In this document: positions 26,342 to 35,506 of the stretch, in pieces
Numbering within the stretch: the first letter of the stretch is position 1
Layout of the letters: every line of letters starts with the position of its first letter
Assembly: GCA_964582295.1 (NCBI GenBank)
Contig: CAZOQP010000001.1
Span: forward strand, 148,754 to 212,753
DNA: 64,000 bases
Source: an uncultured Candidatus Saccharibacteria bacterium
GTDB taxonomy: Bacteria > Patescibacteriota > Minisyncoccia > Phycocordibacterales > Zambryskibacteraceae
Direction of reading: 5' to 3'
The notes under the pieces: model-generated
Told to the model about the DNA's origin: nothing
What the model saw: the letters and a program-made list of their open reading frames with translations, nothing else
Databases searched by the model: none
Position numbers and translations under genes: made by a program

Positions 26342-27118
26342 ATGGAAAACAATCCGACATGGAGCAAAGCTCACACTTGGAGATTTTGGGTGATATTGGC
26401 AGTAGTTGTATTTCTGGTGGTGTCTTGCGTAGGTGGACGTGACGGAGTGGCTGCAAACAGAAAAGTCATTACTGTTCAGGGAACCGGTGAAGTGAGCACC
26501 GTTCAGGATACTATGCGTATTTCCTTCACCGTTACCCGCACAGCAGGGGATGTAACATCCGCGCAGAACGAAATGAACAAGTCTGTCACGAATATCATAA
26601 ATGCCGTGAAGGAGCTAGGTATTTCGGAGAAAGATATAAAAACTACCAGCTACAGTGTGTATCCCCACTACACTCAAGTGCCTGTTCCTTGCTCGGGTCT
26701 TTATTGCCCGCTCTCATATGAAAGCCGTCCGGACGGATTTGATGCTACCCAGACCGTTGAGATCCGCACAAAAGATCTTTCAAAGTCAGGTGATCTTGTA
26801 ACGGCTATTGGAAGGAATAATCCTACAAACGTTTCCGGTCTTGAATTCATCGTTGAGAACGACGAAGAAGTGAAAAGGCAGGCAAGGCAAATGGCGATTG
26901 AAGATGCCAGAAAGAAAGCCAAGGAACTCGCAAAGGATTTGGGAGTTCGCATAAAAGGCGTAGTTTCCTTTGATGAGTCCTCTGGCGGCGGATACCCCTA
27001 TTTTCTCAAAGCTGAAGTGGCAGATGGCCGCGGAGGCACAGGACAGGTACCACCCTCTCTCCCTACAGGCGAGCAGAAGATCACATCAAATGTGACGGTT
27101 GTTTACGAGATCAGATAA
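26342..27118 (+). CDS. SIMPL-domain (DUF541) secreted protein
   Basis: Signal anchor, ITVQGTGEV start of SIMPL domain, overall SIMPL pattern. Confidence 0.6.
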   Translation: MENNPTWSKAHTWRFWVILAVVVFLVVSCVGGRDGVAANRKVITVQGTGEVSTVQDTMRISFTVTRTAGDVTSAQNEMNKSVTNIINAVKELGISEKDIKTTSYSVYPHYTQVPVPCSGLYCPLSYESRPDGFDATQTVEIRTKDLSKSGDLVTAIGRNNPTNVSGLEFIVENDEEVKRQARQMAIEDARKKAKELAKDLGVRIKGVVSFDESSGGGYPYFLKAEVADGRGGTGQVPPSLPTGEQKITSNVTVVYEIR

Positions 27119-27124
27119 AGATGT

Positions 27125-27264
27125 CGCTCGGGGTATTCTCTGAAAATTGGAAGCACGCACTCAGACACAAAAAGAGACCACTCCGGGGCGTGCCCCGGGT
27201 CTTAGTCTCTTTTCGTGTCTGAGTGCTTTACTCAAAAAACATTTTCAGAGAATACCCCTCGCTC
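27125..27264. repeat. long nested palindromic repeat, copy 1 (TIR-A plus conserved core B)
   Basis: ~140-nt near-perfect palindrome centred on ccggggcgtgccccgg; contains core aaaaagagaccactccggggcg...gtcttagtctctttt. Confidence 0.8.
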
Positions 27265-27354
27265 TTTAAATATTTGACCTTTTGGGGGGTAGTGATAGAA
27301 TAGGGGGGTGTTAGAGCCCTCGGGGCTTTTTTTATTAACCCACATTTCTTATAT

Positions 27355-27534
27355 ATGAAAATCGGAGAATACATAAAGGAAACCAGAAGCGAGCTTTCTC
27401 ATGTAAGCTGGCCCACCCGCAAACAGGCTATTAGCTACTCTGCGATCGTTATCGGTCTTTCACTTGCCATCGCTATTTACCTCGGTGCAGCGGATTTCAT
27501 ATTGTCCCGACTGTTGTCTCTCATCATCTCCTAA
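27355..27534 (+). CDS. secE: preprotein translocase subunit SecE (59 aa)
   Basis: MKIGEYIKETRSELSHVSWPTRKQAISYSAIVIGLSLAIAIYLGAADFIL; directly upstream of nusG; too short for the ORF track. Confidence 0.75.
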   Translation: MKIGEYIKETRSELSHVSWPTRKQAISYSAIVIGLSLAIAIYLGAADFILSRLLSLIIS

Positions 27535-27570
27535 AGTTACTGTTTATCAGCCATTAGTTATTTTTATTCC

Positions 27571-28116
27571 ATGTCCAAACAAAAAATAGAAGTCGGGAGA
27601 AATTGGTACGTCATCCACACATACGCTGGATATGAAAACGCTGTTATGCGCAATTTGAAACAGCGTATTGAATCTCTCGGTATGGAAGACAGGATATTCC
27701 AGGTCATCGTTCCAACGGAAAAAAAGATAAAGATAAAAGGCGGAAAGCGTGTGGAAGAAGAGGAGAAGATATACCCCGGCTATATCTTGGTGGATATGAT
27801 AGTTACCGACGATTCATGGTACGTGGTTAGAAATACTCCTAGAGTGACGGGCTTCGTGGGTTCCGGCGTGTACCCCGTGCCTCTGGATAAAAAAGAAGTT
27901 GATTCTCTCTTTGCTCGCATGAGTGCAGACAAGGTGATGCACAATGTTGACCTCTCTGTTGAAGATTCCGTTCTTATTGTTGACGGGCCTTTCAAGGACC
28001 TTGAAGGTAAGGTTAAAGAAGTTGACGAGGAAAGAGGTAAGGTGCGGGTGCTGGTTTCCATGTTCGGTCGCGCTACCCCTGTGGAATTGGATTTCTTGCA
28101 GATAAAGAAGATCTAA
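27571..28116 (+). CDS. nusG: transcription termination/antitermination factor NusG
   Basis: NGN domain [14 protein letters not shown] and C-terminal KOW motif. Confidence 0.85.
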   Translation: MSKQKIEVGRNWYVIHTYAGYENAVMRNLKQRIESLGMEDRIFQVIVPTEKKIKIKGGKRVEEEEKIYPGYILVDMIVTDDSWYVVRNTPRVTGFVGSGVYPVPLDKKEVDSLFARMSADKVMHNVDLSVEDSVLIVDGPFKDLEGKVKEVDEERGKVRVLVSMFGRATPVELDFLQIKKI

Positions 28117-28138
28117 GGTAGTCTGTCGCAACATTATT

Positions 28139-28561
28139 ATGGCAAAAGCAATAGCTAAAAAACTCAAAGTAGTGCTCCCAGGTGGAAAGGCCACTCCGGC
28201 GCCGCCTGTGGGTCCTATTCTTGGCCAGGCTGGCATCAATATTGGCGAGTTCATAAAGCAGTTCAATGACGCCACCCGCGACAAAATGGGGGACACTATT
28301 CCTGCGGAAATAACCGTTTATGACGACAGAACTTTCACTTTCATATTAAAAACCCCGCCCGCCTCGGCTCTTATTTTAAAAGCACTCGGACAGGAAAAAG
28401 GTTCAGGTCACGCTCCTGCCACCAAAATAGGAACTCTGAATGATAAACAATTGACAGATATCGCGGAAATGAAAATGCCGGATCTTAATGCCGGAGATAT
28501 TGATGCTGCAAAGAAAATCATTGCTGGCACGGCACGTTCAATGGGGGTTGACGTTAAGTAG
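28139..28561 (+). CDS. rplK: 50S ribosomal protein L11
   Basis: [31 protein letters not shown]... Confidence 0.9.
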   Translation: MAKAIAKKLKVVLPGGKATPAPPVGPILGQAGINIGEFIKQFNDATRDKMGDTIPAEITVYDDRTFTFILKTPPASALILKALGQEKGSGHAPATKIGTLNDKQLTDIAEMKMPDLNAGDIDAAKKIIAGTARSMGVDVK

Positions 28562-28605
28562 AAAAGCTTATATTCTTCGGGCAGAACCCATTTCGGAGGA
28601 GCGTT

Positions 28606-28989
28606 ATGAAAATCGTTCTTTCCGATCTGTCGGAAAGTTCACCTAAGGAAAAGAGAGCGCTCGTTCAGAAGATCTACGAGTATCTCAAATCCAAGCCGGG
28701 CAACCGAGCGGCGCTGGCCAAAAATTTCCTCAAAGTAGAGGGATTGCTGGCCAGCTCCGATGTCGCCATCCTTTTTCCGGAATTTCCGTCTGACACGGCA
28801 AAGGAAATCCGATGGCTAGTCCGCACATCCGCTCACCCCATTCTTTTGATACATATCGGGGGTGGTGAGGAAAATGTGTACATGCAAATGTCGCTATCAG
28901 TGCAGAGTGCCAGCATGGAGGTGAAGGGTGAGGGGGATTTTCACAAGATTGACAAAGCCCTCCGACAGATCAAGAAAAATGCCTCGTGA
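28606..28989 (+). CDS. hypothetical protein (occupies position normally held by rplA)
   Basis: 127-aa ORF with strong RBS GGAGGA; no L1 similarity. Confidence 0.45.
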   Translation: MKIVLSDLSESSPKEKRALVQKIYEYLKSKPGNRAALAKNFLKVEGLLASSDVAILFPEFPSDTAKEIRWLVRTSAHPILLIHIGGGEENVYMQMSLSVQSASMEVKGEGDFHKIDKALRQIKKNAS

Positions 28990-29108
28990 GCCGTATGCAC
29001 TTCCGCATACCCCACGAGGCATTTTTGTTTTTTTGACAACTAAGAGTAAACAGGTAATCTTTGAGGTGGACCGTTCTTCAAAGTTACCTATGCCAAAGGG
29101 GTGTTCTC

Positions 29109-29741
29109 ATGACCATTGTCACGACTGTTCCACAAGAACCTCTTACGCCCATGCTAAGGGTGGGGAAGGTTCTTGAGCCAAAGATGAACTTTCGACACCG
29201 TTTCATTCCGAATTATGGGGAATTGAAAGAGGTGGTGGCCGCATTGCGTTCTATGGGTAAGCGCATTGTCCTGACCAAAGGGGTCTATGACCTCATCCAT
29301 GTCGGGCATGCCCGTTACATTTCCCAAGCGAAAGCAGAGGGAGATATTCTCATCGTATCGATCGATACCGATGCTCTTACTCGGAAACGAAAAGGGCCCA
29401 CTCGTCCTATCGTCTCCGAAGATGAGCGTGTTGAGATGATCCTTCATCTTCGGTATGTCGATATCGTCACGATACGCGACACACACCACGGTGAGGAAGA
29501 TGACATTGAGGTGATCCGTCCTGATGTTCTCATCACCTCGGAGACGACTGCTGATTACACGGAGGAGAAAAAAGTATTCCTCCGTGATAAGTATGGTCTG
29601 ACAGTTCATACTCTCAAGCCTCAGGCGGAGACATCCACGACGGCAACTATTCGAAATCTCATGATCGATGGACGAGCGGAACTTATCGCAAAACTTCAAG
29701 CTGTTCTGGATGAGTTCAATTCACACCTGCAGGGCCTATGA
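29109..29741 (+). CDS. cytidylyltransferase-like nucleotidyltransferase (RfaE domain II / TagD family)
   Basis: IVLTKGVYDLIHVGHARYI (H-x-G-H motif), LIVSIDTDA..RKRKGPTRPI; alternative TTG start 29061. Confidence 0.6.
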   Translation: MTIVTTVPQEPLTPMLRVGKVLEPKMNFRHRFIPNYGELKEVVAALRSMGKRIVLTKGVYDLIHVGHARYISQAKAEGDILIVSIDTDALTRKRKGPTRPIVSEDERVEMILHLRYVDIVTIRDTHHGEEDDIEVIRPDVLITSETTADYTEEKKVFLRDKYGLTVHTLKPQAETSTTATIRNLMIDGRAELIAKLQAVLDEFNSHLQGL

Positions 29742-30595
29742 GAAACTTCGCCATCGTGGCCTATGTCCCTGTACTTCACTCGGGATATCTGGGATTTTTG
29801 AAACGCCATCCGGGTGATATCCATCTCCTAGATCCAAAAGAATTTCCTATGCTCGATTATCTCGCAAGAGATATGAGAGCATTGCCGCCAGCTTTGATGG
29901 TAAATATCATCAAAGCTGCGCTGTCTAAGGAAAAGGATGAAAGAGAGGTGGGGGTGGCAAATGAAGATACGCTTCGTATTTTAGGTCAGGATGGAACATC
30001 AATTATTCTTCCTGATGAAGATGTATCTCGTGCCGCAGCGGAGAAGTTTCTCGGGGAAGCGAATGCATCCTTCGATCCGATAGTGTTGCGATGGGATTGG
30101 GGGAATGTCCAAAAGGCCGTTGCTGTAGAATCTGATCGCGAAATATCCACCGATGCTCTTCTTGTTGAATTGATGGGGCGTGCGTATGCAGAAGCATCTC
30201 GCAGTCCTGATTGGTGGAGGCAAGTCGGAGCTTTGCTCGTACGGGATGGGAAAGTGATCACTAGTGGATTCAATGTCCATATGCCGACCGAACATTCATG
30301 CTCGGTCATGGGCGATCCGCGCTCTCCTTTCAAACCTGGACAGCAAATTGAACTTTCATCGGCTCATCATGCTGAGAAAGAGATAATCTGCTGGGCAGCA
30401 CGAAAGGGGGTATCGACCGAAGGCGCAAGTCTCATGGTAACTACCTTCCCATGCCCTGTATGTGCAATGGATATTGTTCGTTCGGGGATTTGCAAGGTGT
30501 ATTACTCCGAAGGGTATTCCCTTGTAGCAGCACAAGATATTCTTCGTTCAGGTAACGTCGAGATCGTAAAGGTCTCAAAGCCTCCTCTATCGTGA
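29738..30595 (+). CDS. deoxycytidylate (dCMP) deaminase-like protein with ~170-aa N-terminal extension
   Basis: C-terminal CDA zinc motifs HAEKEII...PCPVCAMDI; N-terminal domain of unknown function. Confidence 0.6.
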   Translation: MRNFAIVAYVPVLHSGYLGFLKRHPGDIHLLDPKEFPMLDYLARDMRALPPALMVNIIKAALSKEKDEREVGVANEDTLRILGQDGTSIILPDEDVSRAAAEKFLGEANASFDPIVLRWDWGNVQKAVAVESDREISTDALLVELMGRAYAEASRSPDWWRQVGALLVRDGKVITSGFNVHMPTEHSCSVMGDPRSPFKPGQQIELSSAHHAEKEIICWAARKGVSTEGASLMVTTFPCPVCAMDIVRSGICKVYYSEGYSLVAAQDILRSGNVEIVKVSKPPLS

Positions 30596-30608
30596 GGGGG
30601 CTTTCGTT

Positions 30609-31070
30609 TTATATTTTGTAGCCGAGTTGAACCATAAGAGGATCAGTTTTTTTTGTTTTCCTCTTGCCTCCTTGTATCACATGGGCGTGAAGGTGGGTAA
30701 CGGAGGCCCCGGTAATATCCCCGTCTCCAAAGCGAATAAAAAAACTCCCGCCGTTTTTAACTGAAGGGAAAGTAGTTTTTTTAATTAATAATAAAAGTTC
30801 CTGCCACTCATCTGGTTTAATTTTAGAAAGGTGTTCAATGTGGCGTTTATGAACGAAAAGAAAGTGGTGGGATGTTCCTTGGTATGGCCAGGCATTTTCT
30901 GTAACGATCCAGTATTTCCCCTTCTTAAGGATGGGGTTTTTATGATATTTTGTAAAATATTTCCAGCAAAAAGGACAAACTCCGTCTTTAATGATCTTTT
31001 TATGAATCGCACGTTGGTCATCTGTACGGGAGTGGTGCATCACCACATGCTTTTTCCTCATCAAAATCAT
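30609..31070 (-). CDS. HIT-family (histidine triad) nucleotide hydrolase/transferase
   Basis: GASVTHLHAHVI histidine triad; ATG at 31070 (listed ORF starts TTG 31097). Confidence 0.6.
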   Translation of the reverse strand: MILMRKKHVVMHHSRTDDQRAIHKKIIKDGVCPFCWKYFTKYHKNPILKKGKYWIVTENAWPYQGTSHHFLFVHKRHIEHLSKIKPDEWQELLLLIKKTTFPSVKNGGSFFIRFGDGDITGASVTHLHAHVIQGGKRKTKKTDPLMVQLGYKI

Positions 31071-31104
31071 CCTAGCCGCTTTTCTTTCTGAATACAAGAA
31101 CCGC

Positions 31105-31629
31105 CTACGCTTGTCGCGTAGGCGGTGGACTGATCCTGTGATACCACAGAAACTCGGATGTCGGTTGACCTTCAGGGGGCGGTGGGTCAGGTGTTCCTAA
31201 TACCAGCCACCATTCTTTCGGATCACATCCAAGCACTTCATGAAAGAACGTATCACCCAGCGGCTCACAATGCACAAGGGTAATAAGGAGACGGTCCGCA
31301 TATTGCAAACCTTGTTTGTATACACGTTCGCCTCCTATCAAGAACACCCCCTTTTCATTACCAGCACGATTGAGGGCTTCCTCAAGATTTTGAACTGTTT
31401 CAGCCCCCTCAGCTCGGTAGGAGTGATTACTGGTGATGACAATATTCCTCCGGCCAGGCAACGGTCTCCATTTTGGTGGCAAGGATTCCCACGTAGATCG
31501 TCCCATGATACCCACTCCTCCTAAAGTGAGTCTCTTGAAACGTTCCATATCGTGGGGAAGGCGCCAGGGAACTTTCCCTCCGTTCCCAATAACACCGTTC
31601 TTGGCTACCGCCGCGATAATTGTGGCCAT
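31105..31629 (-). CDS. folA: dihydrofolate reductase
   Basis: IIAAVAKNGVIGNGGKVPWRLPHDMERFKRLT...IMGRSTWESL. Confidence 0.8.
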   Translation of the reverse strand: MATIIAAVAKNGVIGNGGKVPWRLPHDMERFKRLTLGGVGIMGRSTWESLPPKWRPLPGRRNIVITSNHSYRAEGAETVQNLEEALNRAGNEKGVFLIGGERVYKQGLQYADRLLITLVHCEPLGDTFFHEVLGCDPKEWWLVLGTPDPPPPEGQPTSEFLWYHRISPPPTRQA

Positions 31630-31638
31630 TCGCTTTCC

Positions 31639-32508
31639 TCAGGTTGCGACCGGAATTCTCATTCCGGGATGCGGATTGTAGTCCTCAAGCTCAAACCAAC
31701 TCGAATCGACCTTGAAGATGTCCGTAACGGGCCGAATAAGTCTTACAGTTGGAAATGTTCTCGGTTCCCGTTTGATGAGGATGTTCACATTTTCGACCTG
31801 ATTCTCGTAAATGTGAGCATCAGAGAATGAGTGGACATACTGCCAGGGCTTGAGCCCGAGTTGACTTGCAAATGCCTGAGTAAACGCGGCGTATTGGATG
31901 ATGTTTGATGGAACACCAACTGGAAAATCGCATGATCGCTGGAACATATGAATTACCAGCTTGCCGTTGACATTCCGGGCATGTATCCATCCGTGGCACG
32001 GTGCAACAACTGCTTGTTGATTTTCTCCACGCACGAGCCAGAAAGGTATCCATGGCGTGATGAAATGAGTTCGCGCTTCAGGAAATTTTTCCATCTGCTT
32101 AACGAGATTCTGGAACTGATTGAACGTGCTCCCGTCAGGCATGGGGAAATCGTGGAAGGCGCCACCATAAGAGGCCTTGCCGAGCGTGTCGCCAAGTTGC
32201 ATTCCTTCCGCATTTTCTCGCCACTGATCCCACCAACCGCATCCGGCTTCCCTTAAGCCATCGAAAGTTATCTCTCCTCGAACGAACGAAAAGAGTTCAT
32301 CGATGGCTTTTCTCCAGAAGCTTGCGGCATTTCTTTCCGTAATGATCGGAAATCCATTGTCGAGGTCGTACCAGATCTTGGGAGCCGTGAAATCCGTTAT
32401 TGCTCCCACACCTTGCGGAGTAGTTTTGATAACCTCTCCGTTTTTCAAGATGTACTCAAGGCATGAGAGATACTGCCGGTCTGGGGTTCGTTCTTCAGGT
32501 CGTCGCAT
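31639..32508 (-). CDS. thyA: thymidylate synthase (ThyA family, somewhat divergent)
   Basis: YLSCLEYIL, APCHGWIHA (catalytic Cys), FQRSCDFPVGVPSNI; canonical RTGTGT folate-binding motif not conserved. Confidence 0.75.
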   Translation of the reverse strand: MRRPEERTPDRQYLSCLEYILKNGEVIKTTPQGVGAITDFTAPKIWYDLDNGFPIITERNAASFWRKAIDELFSFVRGEITFDGLREAGCGWWDQWRENAEGMQLGDTLGKASYGGAFHDFPMPDGSTFNQFQNLVKQMEKFPEARTHFITPWIPFWLVRGENQQAVVAPCHGWIHARNVNGKLVIHMFQRSCDFPVGVPSNIIQYAAFTQAFASQLGLKPWQYVHSFSDAHIYENQVENVNILIKREPRTFPTVRLIRPVTDIFKVDSSWFELEDYNPHPGMRIPVAT

Positions 32509-32584
32509 TGGTTCCTCAAAGGGCTAGGGTCTTTTGACATCCTAGTGTTTTTTGAAGCAATGTCAAAAGTGATATAGTTTCTTC

Positions 32585-33010
32585 ATGTTGACCTTGAAAG
32601 TTAAGAAACTTCACCCCGATGCAAAGTTGCCTGTGTATGCCAAAACAGGTGATGCGGGATGTGACCTTTTTTCGCTTGAAAATACGGAAATAAAATCCGG
32701 AGAGAGGGTGCAGGTGAGGACTGGCATTGCTGTGGAATTCCCGGAAGGGTATTTCGGAGCGATCTGGGACAAAAGCGGTCTTTCACACAAACACGGACTG
32801 AAAACCATGGGGGGTGTTGTAGACTCGGGATACAGAGGAGAGATAATGGTGGGGGTCATTAATCTTTCTCAGGAAACATATAAACTGGAAGCAGGACACA
32901 AGGTGGCCCAGATGATAATTCAGAAAATAGAAAATGTTCATATAGAGGAGTCTCACGAACTTTCTTCTACTGAAAGAGGAGAAGGAGGATTTGGAAGTAC
33001 TGGAAAATAA
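32585..33010 (+). CDS. dut: dUTP diphosphatase
   Basis: GDAGCDL, RSGL-like, GVVDSGYRGEI, ERGEGGFGSTG motifs. Confidence 0.85.
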   Translation: MLTLKVKKLHPDAKLPVYAKTGDAGCDLFSLENTEIKSGERVQVRTGIAVEFPEGYFGAIWDKSGLSHKHGLKTMGGVVDSGYRGEIMVGVINLSQETYKLEAGHKVAQMIIQKIENVHIEESHELSSTERGEGGFGSTGK

Positions 33011-34653
33011 TGAAAAATACGATACTCCAAAAAGTTGAAAGCTGGCTCAAAGAAGTTCTTCCTGAAGCGGGGAGTGTTTCGTTTGTGGAAAATATTTCTT
33101 TCGGAGATATCACGACGAATGCTGCACTTGCAATTGCTGCTAGGGAAAAAAGGAAACCCTTGGATGTGGCGAAAGAAATTGCGCAAAAATTGAGAGTTGA
33201 AAAACCTGATTTTATTTCAGACATAAGTGTTGCGGGGCCCGGGTTCATCAACTTCACTCTAAGCGATCCATTCCTCCTCTCTCAAATAAAACATACCAAC
33301 ATACTTGAGAATGTTGGTATGTTGTCGGGGAAAAAGGTGATAGTTGAATACACGGATCCCAATCCTTTCAAGGAATTTCATATAGGGCATCTGATGTCTA
33401 ACGCCGTAGGTGAAGCTATTTCCCGCCTCGTGGCTTCCCAAGGGGCTGAAGTTAAAAGAGCATGCTACCAAGGAGATGTGGGGCTTCATGTGGCAAAAGC
33501 TGTCTGGGGGAAAATCCAAGATCAAGCCCTTTCATGGGGTGAGGCATATGTTTTCGGTGAAAGGGAGTATGAGAACAATAAAGAAGCTATCCAGATAATA
33601 AACAAGGCAATATACGAAAGGAGCGATGAAAAGGTGAATACGCTTTATGATGCCGGCAGGAAAACATCTCTTGAATATTTTGACGATATGTATGAAAAGC
33701 TCGGCACGAAATTCAATTATTTATTTTTTGAGAGCGAGACGGCGCCCATTGGCACCGCATTGGTAAAAGAATTTTTGGGAAAAGTTTTTGAAGAGAGCGA
33801 TGGAGCGATTGTTTTTCATGGAGAGAAATATGACCCGGCGCTTCACACACGTGTTTTCATCAGTTCCCAGGGTTTGCCCACATACGAAGCAAAAGAATTA
33901 GGCCTTGCGAAACTGAAGTGGGATAAAAATCCTTACGACGCTTCCATTGTGGTGACGGGAAATGAAGTGAATGATTATTTCAAGGTGGTTCTCAAAGCAT
34001 CCGAACTTGTGATGCCAGAGCTTGCAGGAAAAACGGTTCACATTTCACACGGAATGCTTCGTTTGCCGAGCGGGAAAATGTCTTCGCGTACCGGAGATGT
34101 GATATCTGCCGAGTCTCTAATTAAAGAGGTGAAAGAAAAAGCTCTTGAGGTAATGAAAGCTTCCGGCCGCGCAGGGGAAGACGAGGCATTGGCGGAAAAA
34201 GTGGCTGTGGGGGCTATCAAATTTTCAATTCTCAAACAGTCTCCGGGAAAAGATGTGATATTTGATATGAACAGGTCAGTTTCTTTTGAAGGTGATTCGG
34301 GCCCGTATTTGATGTACACCCACGCGCGACTTTGTTCAGTAATTGAAAAAGCTCGCGCAGAAGGAATTGAACCAGCGGCAGACATAGTGCCGGCACAAGG
34401 AAGAGATGTGGCGCGTATTATTGCAAGATTTCCTGATGTTGTAGCGCGAGCTGCAGAGGAATTCGCCCCGAATCATATCGTTGAATATTTGCTCGTACTT
34501 GCATCTACTGTGAACTCTTATTATGCAAAAGAGCAGATAGTGGTGGCGGGTGATGCAGGTTCACCAGCCCGTCTAGGGCTCATTTTTGCTGCTCGGGAAA
34601 CTCTCTCTAAAGGCCTCTCTCTTCTTGCTATGGCTGCGCCGGAGAAAATGTAA
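33010..34653 (+). CDS. argS: arginine--tRNA ligase
   Basis: HIGH-class motif PNPFKEFHIGHLMS, KMSSR, C-terminal DALR anticodon-binding domain; ATGA overlap with dut. Confidence 0.85.
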   Translation: MKNTILQKVESWLKEVLPEAGSVSFVENISFGDITTNAALAIAAREKRKPLDVAKEIAQKLRVEKPDFISDISVAGPGFINFTLSDPFLLSQIKHTNILENVGMLSGKKVIVEYTDPNPFKEFHIGHLMSNAVGEAISRLVASQGAEVKRACYQGDVGLHVAKAVWGKIQDQALSWGEAYVFGEREYENNKEAIQIINKAIYERSDEKVNTLYDAGRKTSLEYFDDMYEKLGTKFNYLFFESETAPIGTALVKEFLGKVFEESDGAIVFHGEKYDPALHTRVFISSQGLPTYEAKELGLAKLKWDKNPYDASIVVTGNEVNDYFKVVLKASELVMPELAGKTVHISHGMLRLPSGKMSSRTGDVISAESLIKEVKEKALEVMKASGRAGEDEALAEKVAVGAIKFSILKQSPGKDVIFDMNRSVSFEGDSGPYLMYTHARLCSVIEKARAEGIEPAADIVPAQGRDVARIIARFPDVVARAAEEFAPNHIVEYLLVLASTVNSYYAKEQIVVAGDAGSPARLGLIFAARETLSKGLSLLAMAAPEKM

Positions 34654-34778
34654 TGCCCCAAGCCATAATATGGCTATTCGGTTTTTTTGTTTTTAAATAT
34701 TCATACTTGCGGTAATTTTCTCATAGTGATTATATGGGGTGAGAAGCACACACCCCACATCCTTTCCGAGGGCTTGCC

Positions 34779-35423
34779 ATGAGATCTAGTGCAGCGGTGC
34801 AGGTGGCAGGAGGGACACTAAACGTCCCGAAGTCTTCCCAATCTCGCTACGAGGGCATCACTGACGAGAAATTGGTAGAGATGTTCCTCTCAGGAGAGGA
34901 AAGTGCCATGGGGGAGATATACAGACGTTACTCCAGGCGCCTAAGGTTTTTCGTGTTCAAGAGCGTGGATGATTGGGAGCGGTCGGAAGATCTCGTGCAG
35001 GAGACTTTCGCACGAGTTAGCAAACATCTGGAGAGGTTCGATAATGGCCGTAAGTTCTCAACATGGATACACACCATCGCGGCGAACCTGGCCAAAAACG
35101 AACTAAGGAACCGACGCCGTAGACCAATAGTTCTGTTCCAGGAACTTGAAAGAGATGGAGGCGAAGATTCGCGTGCGGTGGAGTTTGAGGACAAGAGGCA
35201 AGATCTGGACCGCCTACTTGAACAGAGGCGTCTGCGGAAACTCGTCAGAGAGTGTATGGATAAACTGCCAACACACCACCGCGTGATTTTCTTTATGAGA
35301 GAGATGGAAGGGCGGACATACGCGGAGATGGCAAAGATCCTTCGGTGCCATGAGGGCACTGTAAAATCACGCCTCAATCGGGCCAGACAGTCATTCAGTC
35401 TGTTGATAGCCCCGCATCGCTGA
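34779..35423 (+). CDS. ECF-type sigma-70 family RNA polymerase sigma factor, GC-rich
   Basis: Region 2 (LVQETFARV...WIHTIAANLAKNELR) and region 4 HTH (RTYAEMAKILRCHEGTVKSRLNRARQ). Confidence 0.7.
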   Translation: MRSSAAVQVAGGTLNVPKSSQSRYEGITDEKLVEMFLSGEESAMGEIYRRYSRRLRFFVFKSVDDWERSEDLVQETFARVSKHLERFDNGRKFSTWIHTIAANLAKNELRNRRRRPIVLFQELERDGGEDSRAVEFEDKRQDLDRLLEQRRLRKLVRECMDKLPTHHRVIFFMREMEGRTYAEMAKILRCHEGTVKSRLNRARQSFSLLIAPHR

Positions 35424-35506
35424 GGACAGACAATAAGCATCAAACGGCCCCGAGATTTGAATAACTCCGGGCCGTTTTTCTATTTCAGATAAGTTATAAT
35501 AGGAGC

